64,000 nt of DNA from positions 1 to 64,000 of the forward strand of contig CAVSQB010000007.1 of the NCBI GenBank assembly GCA_963729895.1. Reading direction: 5' to 3'. The position numbers and the translations under genes were made by a program. The DNA is from an uncultured Fibrobacterota bacterium (GTDB lineage Bacteria; Fibrobacterota; Chitinivibrionia; Chitinivibrionales; FEN-1185). Each line of letters opens with the position of its first letter. The first letter of the stretch is position 1. Positions 55,240 through 64,000 of this stretch are shown here, one piece after another. The notes under the pieces are model-generated. The model was not told the DNA's origin and made no database searches. It saw only the letters and a list, made by a program, of their open reading frames with translations.

Positions 55240-55526
55240 GCACCTATCATTCCATCATACGCTATCCCTCCATTACCGAGAAGAACACCCAGCTGAGGAC
55301 CGCGCAGAACAAATACGTCTTCGAAGTTCTGCCCAAGGCCACCAAGCCGCAGATCAAGGAGGCGGTGGAAAAGCTGTTCGGCGTCAAGGTGCTCGCGGTG
55401 AATACCATGGTCGTGAAGGGGAAACTCAAACGCCAGGGACGGACGTCCGGCTACCGGTCCGACTGGAAAAAGGCGATTGTCAAGCTGGCCGCAGGCCAGA
55501 CGATCAGCAAGTTCGGGGAAGTGTAA
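55236..55526 (+). CDS. rplW: 50S ribosomal protein L23
   Basis: [24 protein letters not shown]. Confidence 0.96.
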   Translation: MSTYHSIIRYPSITEKNTQLRTAQNKYVFEVLPKATKPQIKEAVEKLFGVKVLAVNTMVVKGKLKRQGRTSGYRSDWKKAIVKLAAGQTISKFGEV

Positions 55527-55527
55527 C

Positions 55528-55629
55528 TCACCGCCTCACCTCATCATCCCCGACCCCTCTTCCCCTCTCCTTGCCAAGGAGAGGGGAAGAGGGGTGCCCG
55601 AAGGGCCGGGTGTTGGGGTGAGGCGGTGA
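55528..55629. repeat. REP-like long palindrome between rplW and rplB
   Basis: tcaccgcctcacc...cccctctccttg-c-caaggagagggg...ggtgaggcggtga. Confidence 0.9.
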
Positions 55630-55666
55630 CGAAAAACAACAGAAACAACGTTTTTTCGGAGCTACT

Positions 55667-56494
55667 ATGGCACTCAAGACATTCAGACCGCTCACGCCGG
55701 TCCTTCGGTACAAGACCAGTATCGACTATTCGCAGTTGACAACAGACGCGCCGTACGCACCGCTCTGCGTTTCCAAGAAGAGAATGGGCGGCCGCAACGC
55801 CGAAGGGCACATGACGGTGAGGCACCGCGGCGGCGGCAGCAAGAAATACTACAGGATCATCGATTTCAAACGGAACAAACGCGACATTGCCGGCGTTGTT
55901 GAGCAGATCGAGTACGATCCGAACCGCACCTGTTTCATAGCGCTTGTCAAATATGCCGACGGCGAACGCCGGTACATCCTTGCCACGGCAAACATGAAAG
56001 TCGGGATGAAGGTGATGGCGGGCGAGACGTGCGAAATCGCCGAAGGCAATTGCATGCCCCTCGCAAATATCCCGTCGGGAACCATGGTGCACAATGTCGA
56101 GCTCAAGCAGGGGAAAGGCGGCCAGATGGCCAGGTCCGCCGGCGCCTACGCGGAGATTGTCGCGCGCGAAAACAACATGATTCAGCTGAGGCTTCCGTCC
56201 GGCGAAATCCGCAACGTCCGCGAGCGGTGCACGGCAACCATCGGCCAGGTAAGCAACATAGAGCACATGAACGTCGTTCTGGGTTCCGCCGGCCGCGCGC
56301 GCTGGCTCGGCATACGGCCGCATGTGCGCGGCATAGCCATGAACCCGGTCGACCATCCCATGGGCGGCGGCGAAGCCAAGTCCAAGGGCGGCAACCATCC
56401 GATGTCTCCGTGGGCCCAGAAGGCCAAGGGGCTCAAGACGCGGACCAAAAAGAAGCTGTCGAGCAAGTACATCATCAGCAAGAGGACAAAATAG
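55667..56494 (+). CDS. rplB: 50S ribosomal protein L2
   Basis: RHRGGG, EYDPNR, RGIAMNPVDHPMGGGE. Confidence 0.98.
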   Translation: MALKTFRPLTPVLRYKTSIDYSQLTTDAPYAPLCVSKKRMGGRNAEGHMTVRHRGGGSKKYYRIIDFKRNKRDIAGVVEQIEYDPNRTCFIALVKYADGERRYILATANMKVGMKVMAGETCEIAEGNCMPLANIPSGTMVHNVELKQGKGGQMARSAGAYAEIVARENNMIQLRLPSGEIRNVRERCTATIGQVSNIEHMNVVLGSAGRARWLGIRPHVRGIAMNPVDHPMGGGEAKSKGGNHPMSPWAQKAKGLKTRTKKKLSSKYIISKRTK

Positions 56495-56499
56495 AGAAA

Positions 56500-56603
56500 G
56501 ACTTCGCCTCACCCCAACACCCCGCCCTTCGGGCACCCCTCTTCCCCTCTCCTTGGCAAGGAGAGGGGAAGAGGGGTCCGGGGAGATGGGGTGAGGCGGG
56601 GTC
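56500..56603. repeat. REP-like long palindrome between rplB and rpsS
   Basis: Essentially the reverse complement of the 55528-55629 copy. Confidence 0.9.
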
Positions 56604-56640
56604 GACGAAAAGGTAACAACAGGTATCAAGAGGAATCCAC

Positions 56641-56943
56641 ATGGCTCGTTCAATCAAAAAAGGCCCGTTTGTCGACGATCATCTCGCCAAGAAAGTTACG
56701 GAGATGAACACATCCGGACAGAAGAAAGTCCTCAAGACGTGGTCCAGGCGGTCGACAATTCTGCCCGAATTCGTGGGCCTTACCTTTGCGGTCCACAACG
56801 GGAACAAGTTCATTCCGGTGTACGTCACCGAGAACATGGTTGGACACAAGCTCGGCGAGTTTTCCCCCACGCGGACGTTCCGGGGGCACAGCGGACATAT
56901 CAAGACCGACAAAGTGACGGAAGAAGCGCCGGCCGCGGCATAG
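56641..56943 (+). CDS. rpsS: 30S ribosomal protein S19
   Basis: [26 protein letters not shown]. Confidence 0.98.
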   Translation: MARSIKKGPFVDDHLAKKVTEMNTSGQKKVLKTWSRRSTILPEFVGLTFAVHNGNKFIPVYVTENMVGHKLGEFSPTRTFRGHSGHIKTDKVTEEAPAAA

Positions 56944-56980
56944 CCGCCGGTTCCAAAATGGAGTTCGGGGAGGAACAATC

Positions 56981-57322
56981 GTGGAAGCAGCAGCAACCTG
57001 CAAGTATCTCAGGAAGACCGCAAGAAAAGCGCGGCTCGTGGCCGATGAACTGCGCGGGAAAATGGTGGGCGACGCGCTCAGCCTACTCGAATTCGGCATC
57101 AGGAAGACCGTTGCAAAGGATTTTTCCAAGGTAATCAAGTCCGCGGTGGCGAACCTGCAGCACAAGAACGCGGAAGCGCATGTCAACGTGGACGAATTGT
57201 TCATCAAGGAAATACAGGTGGGCGTCGGCCCCACGGCCAAACGGTTCCGGCCGCGCGCGCAAGGGCGGGCATACCGGATCCTCAAGCGGAGTTGTCACAT
57301 CAAAGTCGTCGTGTCGAATTGA
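56981..57322 (+). CDS. rplV: 50S ribosomal protein L22
   Basis: RKARLVAD, SAVAN, KRFRPRAQGRA. Confidence 0.96.
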   Translation: MEAAATCKYLRKTARKARLVADELRGKMVGDALSLLEFGIRKTVAKDFSKVIKSAVANLQHKNAEAHVNVDELFIKEIQVGVGPTAKRFRPRAQGRAYRILKRSCHIKVVVSN

Positions 57323-57447
57323 AGAACCCCGCCCCGGACATCGGGGGTTCTTCCGTGACCATGGAACAATTTCATTTTGTATTCGCCCACTCCTCACGCA
57401 CCACGGTGCATGGCGGGCGCGGGTTGTGTCGCTCAAGGGGGTAATAG

Positions 57448-58122
57448 TTGGGTCAGAAAACGAATCCAATCGGTTTACGGCTTGGCATCACCAGGTCCTG
57501 GCTCTCAAACTGGTACACCAAGGACAAGATGGCCGATTACATCTACGAAGATCTCCTTATCCGGAACTACCTCAGGAAGCGGCTTGATCACGGCGGCATT
57601 TCGTGCCTGGGGATTGAAAGGACGTCAAAGCGCGTCACCGTCGCCATCCACACCTCGCGTCCCGGCATCGTGATCGGAAAGAAAGGCGAGGAAGTGGAAC
57701 GGCTCAAGGGCGAGTTGCAGCACTTGACGCAGAAGGAAATTCAAATCAACATAAAAGAAGTGAAGAAGCCGGAAATGGACGCCCAGCTCGTGGGCGACAA
57801 CATCGCGCGGCAGCTCGAAAAACGGGTATCGTACAAGAAGGCGATCAAGAAGTCGATCGCAACCGCGATTCGGATGGGCGCGGAAGGGATCAAGATCGGC
57901 ATCAGCGGCCGGCTCAACGGCGCGGAGATCGCGCGCCGCGAAACATTCAAGGAAGGGCGTATCCCGCTGCATACCCTGCGCGCCGACATCGATTACGCGG
58001 GCTCAACCGCCATTACCACCTACGGAACCATCGGCGTCAAGGTGTGGATTTGCAAAGGCGAAGTGATCGACCGTGCCGAGAAGAACGCCCAGAAACAGAA
58101 AGAAGCCGCGCGCGCCGCGTAG
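57448..58122 (+). CDS. rpsC: 30S ribosomal protein S3
   Basis: [43 protein letters not shown]. Confidence 0.98.
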   Translation: MGQKTNPIGLRLGITRSWLSNWYTKDKMADYIYEDLLIRNYLRKRLDHGGISCLGIERTSKRVTVAIHTSRPGIVIGKKGEEVERLKGELQHLTQKEIQINIKEVKKPEMDAQLVGDNIARQLEKRVSYKKAIKKSIATAIRMGAEGIKIGISGRLNGAEIARRETFKEGRIPLHTLRADIDYAGSTAITTYGTIGVKVWICKGEVIDRAEKNAQKQKEAARAA

Positions 58123-58133
58123 GAGGATAGACC

Positions 58134-58544
58134 ATGTTAGCGCCCAAGAAGATAAAGTGGAGAAAGCAGCAGCGGGGCCGCATGCGGGGAAAGGCAACCC
58201 GGTGCAATGCCCTTGCATTCGGGGAATTCGGCCTGCAATCGATCCAGCCGGGATGGATCGACAGCAAGCAGATCGAGGCCGCCCGTATCGCCATGGCACG
58301 TTTTCTCAAACGCGGCGGCAAGATTTTTATCCGCGTGTTTCCCGACAAACCGTATACCAAGCATCCCGCGGAGTCAAGAATGGGAAAGGGAAAGGGCGTT
58401 CCGGAAGGCTGGGTTGCTGTTGTCAAGCCCGGAACGGTGATGTTCGAGATGGCGGGCGTCAAGGCCGACGTGGCCAAGAAGGCCATCCGGCTCGCGTCGC
58501 AGAAACTCCCCATTCTCACGCGGTTCATCGAGATAGAAGAGTAG
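58134..58544 (+). CDS. rplP: 50S ribosomal protein L16
   Basis: [15 protein letters not shown]. Confidence 0.98.
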   Translation: MLAPKKIKWRKQQRGRMRGKATRCNALAFGEFGLQSIQPGWIDSKQIEAARIAMARFLKRGGKIFIRVFPDKPYTKHPAESRMGKGKGVPEGWVAVVKPGTVMFEMAGVKADVAKKAIRLASQKLPILTRFIEIEE

Positions 58545-58553
58545 GATCATACC

Positions 58554-58778
58554 ATGAAAACACACGAATTACGCCAGCTGGGGCTCAAGGAACTCGCCGA
58601 AAAGGCCGCCGGCCTCGAAGAGGAGATTTTCAACCTGCGGTTCCAGGCGAAGATGGGGCAGCTTTCCAATCCGCTCCGCCTGCGGATCGTGCGCAAGGAC
58701 ATTGCTCGCACCAAGACGGTGCTCACCGAAAAGAAACGCGGCGAAAAGACGGCGGCGCCCAAAGAACCATCGAAGTAA
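58554..58778 (+). CDS. rpmC: 50S ribosomal protein L29
   Basis: FNLRFQ..GQL.NP..R..RKDIAR. Confidence 0.96.
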   Translation: MKTHELRQLGLKELAEKAAGLEEEIFNLRFQAKMGQLSNPLRLRIVRKDIARTKTVLTEKKRGEKTAAPKEPSK

Positions 58779-58787
58779 GAGGTACGA

Positions 58788-59045
58788 ATGGCAGATCGGA
58801 ACATGAGGAAATCGAGAGTCGGGGTCGTGATCAGCGACAAGATGGACAAGACGGTCATCGTGAGCGTCGAACGCAGCTATATCCACACGCAATACGGAAA
58901 GACCATCCGCAAGAACAAGAAATACGTCGCCCACGACGAAAAAGACGAATGCGCCATGGGAGACATCGTGAGCATCGTGGAGACGCGGCCCCTGTCCAAA
59001 ACCAAGCGGTGGCGCGTGAGCGAAATACTGACAAAAGCGAAATAA
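58788..59045 (+). CDS. rpsQ: 30S ribosomal protein S17
   Basis: [23 protein letters not shown]. Confidence 0.97.
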   Translation: MADRNMRKSRVGVVISDKMDKTVIVSVERSYIHTQYGKTIRKNKKYVAHDEKDECAMGDIVSIVETRPLSKTKRWRVSEILTKAK

Positions 59046-59079
59046 CCGGTATCGACTCCATCAGCATGATGAGGACACC

Positions 59080-59448
59080 ATGATTCAGGTACAAACCAGA
59101 CTGAATGTTGCGGACAACTCCGGGGCCAAGCAGGTGCAGTGCATCAGGATCCTCGGCGCAACCCGGCGGCGTTACGCCTACGTGGGAGACGTCATTATCG
59201 TTTCTGTCAAGAGCGCGCTCCCCAACACCGCCGTCAAGAAGGGCGAAGTGGCGCGGGCGGTCATCGTGCGCACCACCAAGGAGTGGGGCCGCAGGGACGG
59301 CACCTACATCAGGTTCAGCGACAACGCGGCTGTCTTGATAAACGATACAAACGAGCCGCGCGGCACGCGCATCTTCGGGCCCGTGGCCCGGGAACTGCGC
59401 GACAAGCAGTTCATGCGCATCGTATCGCTTGCACCGGAAGTTCTGTAA
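59080..59448 (+). CDS. rplN: 50S ribosomal protein L14
   Basis: [27 protein letters not shown]. Confidence 0.98.
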   Translation: MIQVQTRLNVADNSGAKQVQCIRILGATRRRYAYVGDVIIVSVKSALPNTAVKKGEVARAVIVRTTKEWGRRDGTYIRFSDNAAVLINDTNEPRGTRIFGPVARELRDKQFMRIVSLAPEVL

Positions 59449-59464
59449 CAAGGGAGAATGTGCC

Positions 59465-59782
59465 ATGCCGCTTCGCTTGAGGAAAAACGACACGGTGATG
59501 ATCGTGTCGGGAGACAATAAAGGACAAACGGGACGCATCATCAAAGTGCTGCCGGGAAAGAACCGTGCGGTGGTTGAGGCCAAGAACATGGTAAAGCGCC
59601 ACACCAAGCCCAGCCGGAAAGTGCAGCAGGGCGGCATCATAGAGAAAGAAGCGTCCATTCACCTGTCCAATCTCATGCTGCTCTGCCCCAAGACGGGCAA
59701 GGCGACGCGCGTGGGCATGCGGATACTTGACACAGGAAAAAGAGTGCGGTTTTCCAAAAAGGCCAAGGAGTTGATCGATTGA
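59465..59782 (+). CDS. rplX: 50S ribosomal protein L24
   Basis: [27 protein letters not shown] after gggag. Confidence 0.96.
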   Translation: MPLRLRKNDTVMIVSGDNKGQTGRIIKVLPGKNRAVVEAKNMVKRHTKPSRKVQQGGIIEKEASIHLSNLMLLCPKTGKATRVGMRILDTGKRVRFSKKAKELID

Positions 59783-60342
59783 GCACCGACAAAAAGAAGA
59801 AATTGCCACGGATGCAGGAATTCTACCAGACCACGGTGGTTCCCGCCCTCATGACCAAGTACGGCCTGAAGAACGTCATGCAGGCGCCCCGGCTCGACAA
59901 GATCGTGCTGAACATGGGCGTCGGCAAGGCGATCCAGGATTCAAAGCTTATCGACGAGGCGGCTGGCGTGCTGCAGAACATCAGCGGCCAGAAACCCATC
60001 ATCACCAGGGCGAAGAAGGCGATATCCAATTTCAAGCTGCGCAAGAACCTCGCCATCGGCGTCAAGGTGACGCTCCGCGGGGACCGGATGTACGAATTTT
60101 TCGACAGGCTCGTCTCCGTCACCATGCCGCGCATCCGCGATTTCAAGGGCATTTCCCGCAAGTCGTTCGACGGGCACGGCAACTACACGCTCGGCATCAA
60201 GGAACAGATCGTGTTTGCGGAGGTCGACCGCGACAAGATAACCAATATCACCGGTCTTGACGTATGCATATGCACCACGGCCGGCAAAGACGATCTCGGG
60301 CTCGCCCTGCTCGAAGAACTGGGCATGCCGTTCCGGAAATAG
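59779..60342 (+). CDS. rplE: 50S ribosomal protein L5
   Basis: KIVLNMGVG, GQKP, PRIRDFKG, FDGHGNYTLG. Confidence 0.98.
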   Translation: MSTDKKKKLPRMQEFYQTTVVPALMTKYGLKNVMQAPRLDKIVLNMGVGKAIQDSKLIDEAAGVLQNISGQKPIITRAKKAISNFKLRKNLAIGVKVTLRGDRMYEFFDRLVSVTMPRIRDFKGISRKSFDGHGNYTLGIKEQIVFAEVDRDKITNITGLDVCICTTAGKDDLGLALLEELGMPFRK

Positions 60343-60369
60343 GGTCATTCACATAAGGGAGATTCGAGA

Positions 60370-60555
60370 GTGGCACGAAAAGCAATGATGGAAAAATGCA
60401 GGAAGACCGCCAAGTTCACAACGCGGGCCTACAACCGTTGCCGGCGGTGCGGCCGCCAGCGCGGATACCTGCGCCGGTTCGGCCTGTGCAGGATCTGCTT
60501 CAGGCAAATGGCCCTTAACGGGCTGATACCCGGCGTGGTGAAGGCGAGCTGGTAA
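60370..60555 (+). CDS. rpsN: 30S ribosomal protein S14 (type Z, zinc-binding)
   Basis: 61 aa; RCRRCGR...LCRICFR. Confidence 0.96.
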   Translation: MARKAMMEKCRKTAKFTTRAYNRCRRCGRQRGYLRRFGLCRICFRQMALNGLIPGVVKASW

Positions 60556-60603
60556 CCAGCGGTTGTTCGATTCGGAAAACGCGGTAATGAAGGGGAATAA
60601 GGC

Positions 60604-60996
60604 ATGACGGATCAGATTGCTGACATGTTCACAAGGGTCAGAAACGCGATACAGGCCAAGAAGCGAACGGTGAGTATTCCGGCTTCCAACCTGAAGAAGG
60701 AAGTGACGCGGCTCCTGTTTGAAAATCATTTCGTTTCGAAATACGCTTTTGTCGACGACGGCGGGCAGGGCGTCATCAAGATCCTTCTCAAGTACGACGC
60801 AAAGATGCAGAATGCCATTCAGGGGATCAAACGGGTGAGCACGCCGGGGCTCAGAAAATACGAACGGGTGTCGGGCGTTCCCAAGGTACTGAGCGGCATG
60901 GGCGTGGCAATCGTCTCAACGTCCAAGGGCCTGATGACCGATGCCGATTGCAGGAAATTGAACATCGGGGGCGAAGTGCTCGGCATCGTCTGGTAA
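60604..60996 (+). CDS. rpsH: 30S ribosomal protein S8
   Basis: DQIADMFTRVRNA, STPGLR, STSKG, GGEV. Confidence 0.97.
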   Translation: MTDQIADMFTRVRNAIQAKKRTVSIPASNLKKEVTRLLFENHFVSKYAFVDDGGQGVIKILLKYDAKMQNAIQGIKRVSTPGLRKYERVSGVPKVLSGMGVAIVSTSKGLMTDADCRKLNIGGEVLGIVW

Positions 60997-61045
60997 GTAA
61001 ATAGAAGTTCCCCTTAATCTTCAGTTTTAAACAGGGAGTTTTTCA

Positions 61046-61586
61046 TTGTCTCGCATAGGTAAAAAACCGGTTCCGATTCCCAAGGGAGTCGAGGTCAAGA
61101 TAGACGGCGCTGCAATCTCGGTAAAGGGCCCCAAGGGAACCCTTACCGCTTCGGTGCATCCCGGAATCAAGATTGCCGTGGAAAACAACGCGATCCATTG
61201 CACGGGAGATATTGCCGACCGGGTGTCCAAGTCGGTGTGGGGCCTGTGGCGGGTCCTCATTTTCAACATGGTTGAAGGCGTGACCACCGGCTACAGGAAG
61301 ACCCTCGACATTCAGGGCGTGGGCTACAAGGCCGAGAATGAAGGGAAAAGACCTCAACATCGCCGTCGGTTATTCTCACCCCGTCCTCATCAAGCCTCTG
61401 GACGGCATCAGTTTCAGGACCGAGACCGCCACACGAATCATCGTTGAGGGAATCGACAAACAGACCGTGGGCCAGGTGACCGCGGATATCCGCCTTATCC
61501 GGGGCCCGGAACCGTACAAGGGCAAGGGCATCAGGTATCTGGACGAACATGTCCGCCGCAAGGTGGGCAAGGCCGCGGGCAAGTAA
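61046..61586 (+). CDS. rplF: 50S ribosomal protein L6, with an apparent +1 frameshift at ~61337
   Basis: MSRIGKKP...GVGYKAE in one frame continues as MKGKDL..GYSHP...PEPYKGKGI in another; removing one A of gag-a-atg fuses them. Confidence 0.9.
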
Positions 61587-61612
61587 ACCGAGCGGGAGAC
61601 GAGGACAGCCTT

Positions 61613-61981
61613 ATGATCAGGAAACTAGACAAACGGCAAAAGCGGGCGGTGCGGATACGCAAGAAGATCTCGGGTACGTCGGCCAGGCCGAGGCTGTGCG
61701 TGCGGCGGAGCCTGTGCCACATCTACGCCCAGATCGTCGATGACGTAACCGGCGCATCGCTTGTCCAGACCGGCAGCACGTCCAAGGAGATCGCCGGGAA
61801 AATCGTCGACAAGAAGAAGACCTCCAAGACCGACGTGGCAAGGCTGGTGGGCGAGCTTGTGGCCGAAAAGGCGAAGGAAAAAGGCATAGAAAAAATCGTG
61901 TTCGACAGAAAAGGGTACGCCTATCACGGCCGGGTAAAGGCGCTTGCCGAAGCGGCGCGCAAAAAAGGACTGCAGTTCTAG
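61613..61981 (+). CDS. rplR: 50S ribosomal protein L18
   Basis: [23 protein letters not shown]. Confidence 0.97.
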   Translation: MIRKLDKRQKRAVRIRKKISGTSARPRLCVRRSLCHIYAQIVDDVTGASLVQTGSTSKEIAGKIVDKKKTSKTDVARLVGELVAEKAKEKGIEKIVFDRKGYAYHGRVKALAEAARKKGLQF

Positions 61982-61987
61982 CGCATT

Positions 61988-62509
61988 GTGGAAAGGGGAC
62001 ATCAGTTGGATCACGAAGGAAAAATGACGGGCGGGGGCGAAGAGTCGAAGCTCGTTGACAGACTGATAGCGGTCACCAGGGTCGCAAAAGTCGTCAAAGG
62101 CGGGCGCAGGTTCGGGTTCAACGCGCTCGTGGCGGTCGGCGACTCCGCGGGAACGGTTGGCATCGGCATGGGGAAGGCAAACGACGTGACCGACGCAATA
62201 CGCAAGGCGGTCGAAAATGCGAAGAAGAATCTCTGTACCGTCAGCATCGTGCACGGCACCATTCCCCACGAGATCGTGGGCGAATTCGGGGCGGGCAGGA
62301 TCCTTCTGAAACCCGCGGGTCCCGGTACCGGCGTCATCGCCGGAGGGCCGGCGCGCGCCGTGCTCGAACTGGTGGGTGTGCACAACATCCTTACCAAATG
62401 CATCGGCACCACCAATGCGCACAATGTGGTGAAGGCGACAATGGACGGCCTCCTCAGGCTCAAGACACGGAACCAGATCAACCAGCTCCGCCAGATAGTG
62501 GCGCAATAA
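61988..62509 (+). CDS. rpsE: 30S ribosomal protein S5
   Basis: [24 protein letters not shown]; start uncertain (61988 or 62023). Confidence 0.96.
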   Translation: MERGHQLDHEGKMTGGGEESKLVDRLIAVTRVAKVVKGGRRFGFNALVAVGDSAGTVGIGMGKANDVTDAIRKAVENAKKNLCTVSIVHGTIPHEIVGEFGAGRILLKPAGPGTGVIAGGPARAVLELVGVHNILTKCIGTTNAHNVVKATMDGLLRLKTRNQINQLRQIVAQ

Positions 62510-62522
62510 ACGGCAGGGAACC

Positions 62523-62717
62523 ATGGCAAAGAAACTGCGGATCGAACAGGTGAGCAGCGATATCGGAAACATGGCGGCGCAAAAACGGACGCTCAGGGCG
62601 CTCGGACTGCGGCGCATCAGGCACGCAAAGGTCTACAACGATTCGCCGGCCCTCCGCGGCATGATCGAGACCGTCAAGCATATTGTAAAGGTCGAAGAAG
62701 TCAAGGAAGGCGGCTAA
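62523..62717 (+). CDS. rpmD: 50S ribosomal protein L30
   Basis: TLRALGLRRI, RGMI..VKH. Confidence 0.95.
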   Translation: MAKKLRIEQVSSDIGNMAAQKRTLRALGLRRIRHAKVYNDSPALRGMIETVKHIVKVEEVKEGG

Positions 62718-62719
62718 TC

Positions 62720-63175
62720 ATGTTCAGAATGAATGAACTGCGGCCGGCGGAAGGTTCCACCAGGGATTCCAAGCGCCGCGGCCGGGGTACGGGATCGGGC
62801 AACGGAAAGACGGCGGGCCGGGGGCACAAGGGTGCGGGTTCGCGTTCGGGAACAAAGAAAAAGCTGTATTTTGAAGGCGGCCAGACGCCGCTCACCCGGA
62901 GGATTCCCAAACGGGGATTCGTGAATATTTTCAAGAAGAGATACCAGATTGTCAACGTCGGCGATATTGTCAAAAAGGAACCTCAGGACAAGGAAGTCAC
63001 CGCCGAATGGCTGCACGCCAACGGCCTCATCCGCTCCGCAACGGAGCCGGTAAAGATCCTCGGAAACGGCGACTGTGCAAAAAGCATCGTGGTAAAGGCC
63101 GACTCCTTTTCAAAATCGGCCCGCGAAAAAATCGAAAAAGCAAAAGGGAAAGCTGAGGTAGTGGCGCGTGCTTGA
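62720..63175 (+). CDS. rplO: 50S ribosomal protein L15
   Basis: RGRGTGSGNGKTAGRGHKG, FEGGQTPL.RR.PKRGF. Confidence 0.97.
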   Translation: MFRMNELRPAEGSTRDSKRRGRGTGSGNGKTAGRGHKGAGSRSGTKKKLYFEGGQTPLTRRIPKRGFVNIFKKRYQIVNVGDIVKKEPQDKEVTAEWLHANGLIRSATEPVKILGNGDCAKSIVVKADSFSKSAREKIEKAKGKAEVVARA

Positions 63176-64000
63176 TACCTTTAAGAACGTCTTTCGGATT
63201 CCCGACCTCCGGAAGAAGGTATTGTTTACCCTGATGATCATCTTTATCTACCGGATCGGCGGCCACATTCCGACGCCGGGGATCAATTCGGGCGTTCTTG
63301 CCGAGTTCTGGAGCCAGTCCCGCAACACCCTGTTCGGGCTCTACGACATGTTCGTGGGAGGCGCGTTCGGCAAGGCCACCGTGTTTGCCATGGGCGTCAT
63401 GCCGTATATCAGCGCGTCCATTATCATCCAGCTGCTCGCCACCGTGTTTCCGTATTTTCACAAACTGCAGCGGGAAGGCGGCGAGGGAAGAAAGAAAATA
63501 ACGCAGTACACCCGGTACGGCACCGTCCTTCTCTCATTTGTCCAGGCTGTCGGCGTGAGCGTGTTTCTCCAGAGCATCGTTTCGCCCACCACCGGACAGC
63601 ATGCGGTGCTGCCCGCCATTGCGGGCCCCGTGTTCACGTTTGTCACTGCAATCAGCCTCACCACCGGCACCGTGTTCATCATGTGGCTGGGCGAGCAGAT
63701 AACCAACAGGGGAATCGGCAACGGCATCTCATTCATCATATTCATAGGGATCGTCGACCGGATTCCCACCGCCGTGTTCGGGGAGGTCCAGCAGCTTACC
63801 GCCGGTACGCGGAACCTGTTCGTCGAGGTGTTCGTGCTGGGCATCATCTTCCTCATGACCGCATTCATCGTGCTGATGACACAGGCCACGCGCCGCATTC
63901 CCATCCAGACTCCCAAGAAGGTGGTGGGGACAAAGATGTACGCCGGCCAGAACACCGTGCTGCCGCTGCGCGTGAACATGGCGGGCGTCATCCCGATTAT
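63168..64000 (+). CDS. secY: Preprotein translocase subunit SecY (runs off the window end)
   Basis: GTG at 63168: VLDTFKNVFRIPDLRKK..., GVMPYISASIIIQL, WLGEQIT.RGIGNGIS, LPLRVNMAGVIP. Confidence 0.96.
   Translation, partial: MLDTFKNVFRIPDLRKKVLFTLMIIFIYRIGGHIPTPGINSGVLAEFWSQSRNTLFGLYDMFVGGAFGKATVFAMGVMPYISASIIIQLLATVFPYFHKLQREGGEGRKKITQYTRYGTVLLSFVQAVGVSVFLQSIVSPTTGQHAVLPAIAGPVFTFVTAISLTTGTVFIMWLGEQITNRGIGNGISFIIFIGIVDRIPTAVFGEVQQLTAGTRNLFVEVFVLGIIFLMTAFIVLMTQATRRIPIQTPKKVVGTKMYAGQNTVLPLRVNMAGVIPI

Noticed and set aside
57321..57353. Hairpins between rplV and rpsC, and between rpsG and fusA (51158-51201)
   Set aside because: Single-copy stems without a U tract or recognisable motif; no function can be assigned.

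Overview
A GC-rich bacterial chromosomal window. A Fibrobacterota-like origin is my inference from T9SS-type C-termini and gene order, and is not established. The window has three parts. (1) 1-12.2 kb, housekeeping genes: Tex-like S1 protein, an IS5-family element, argS, rsfS, LytR_C protein, panD, DUF151 nuclease, purA and an XPB helicase. (2) 12.2-33.4 kb, an accessory island. Small gene groups (Phd-PIN toxin-antitoxin, lipoprotein, T9SS pseudogene, DUF4365-like gene, FMN reductase, HAF-repeat protein, small HNH-like nuclease, and a CHAT protease with a ~1003-aa partner) are separated by a modular inverted-repeat family that I do not recognise. It is built from a TTGGATTGCTGAGCCGG motif, AT-rich linkers and ~65-80 nt hairpin units. 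The CHAT partner is split by three different IS elements (IS5, IS21, IS1380) and rejoins in frame when they are removed. (3) 33.6-64 kb, core genes: purM, cysS, clpP, tRNA-Thr/Tyr/Gly/Thr, tuf, rpmG, tRNA-Trp, secE-nusG-rplKAJL-rpoBC, rpsL-rpsG-fusA and the S10/spc operons up to a partial secY, with ~100-bp REP-like palindromes at several gene junctions. The two best novelty candidates are the repeat family with its embedded HNH gene and the CHAT + large helical protein pair. All family assignments are by motif recognition only; no database searches were run.
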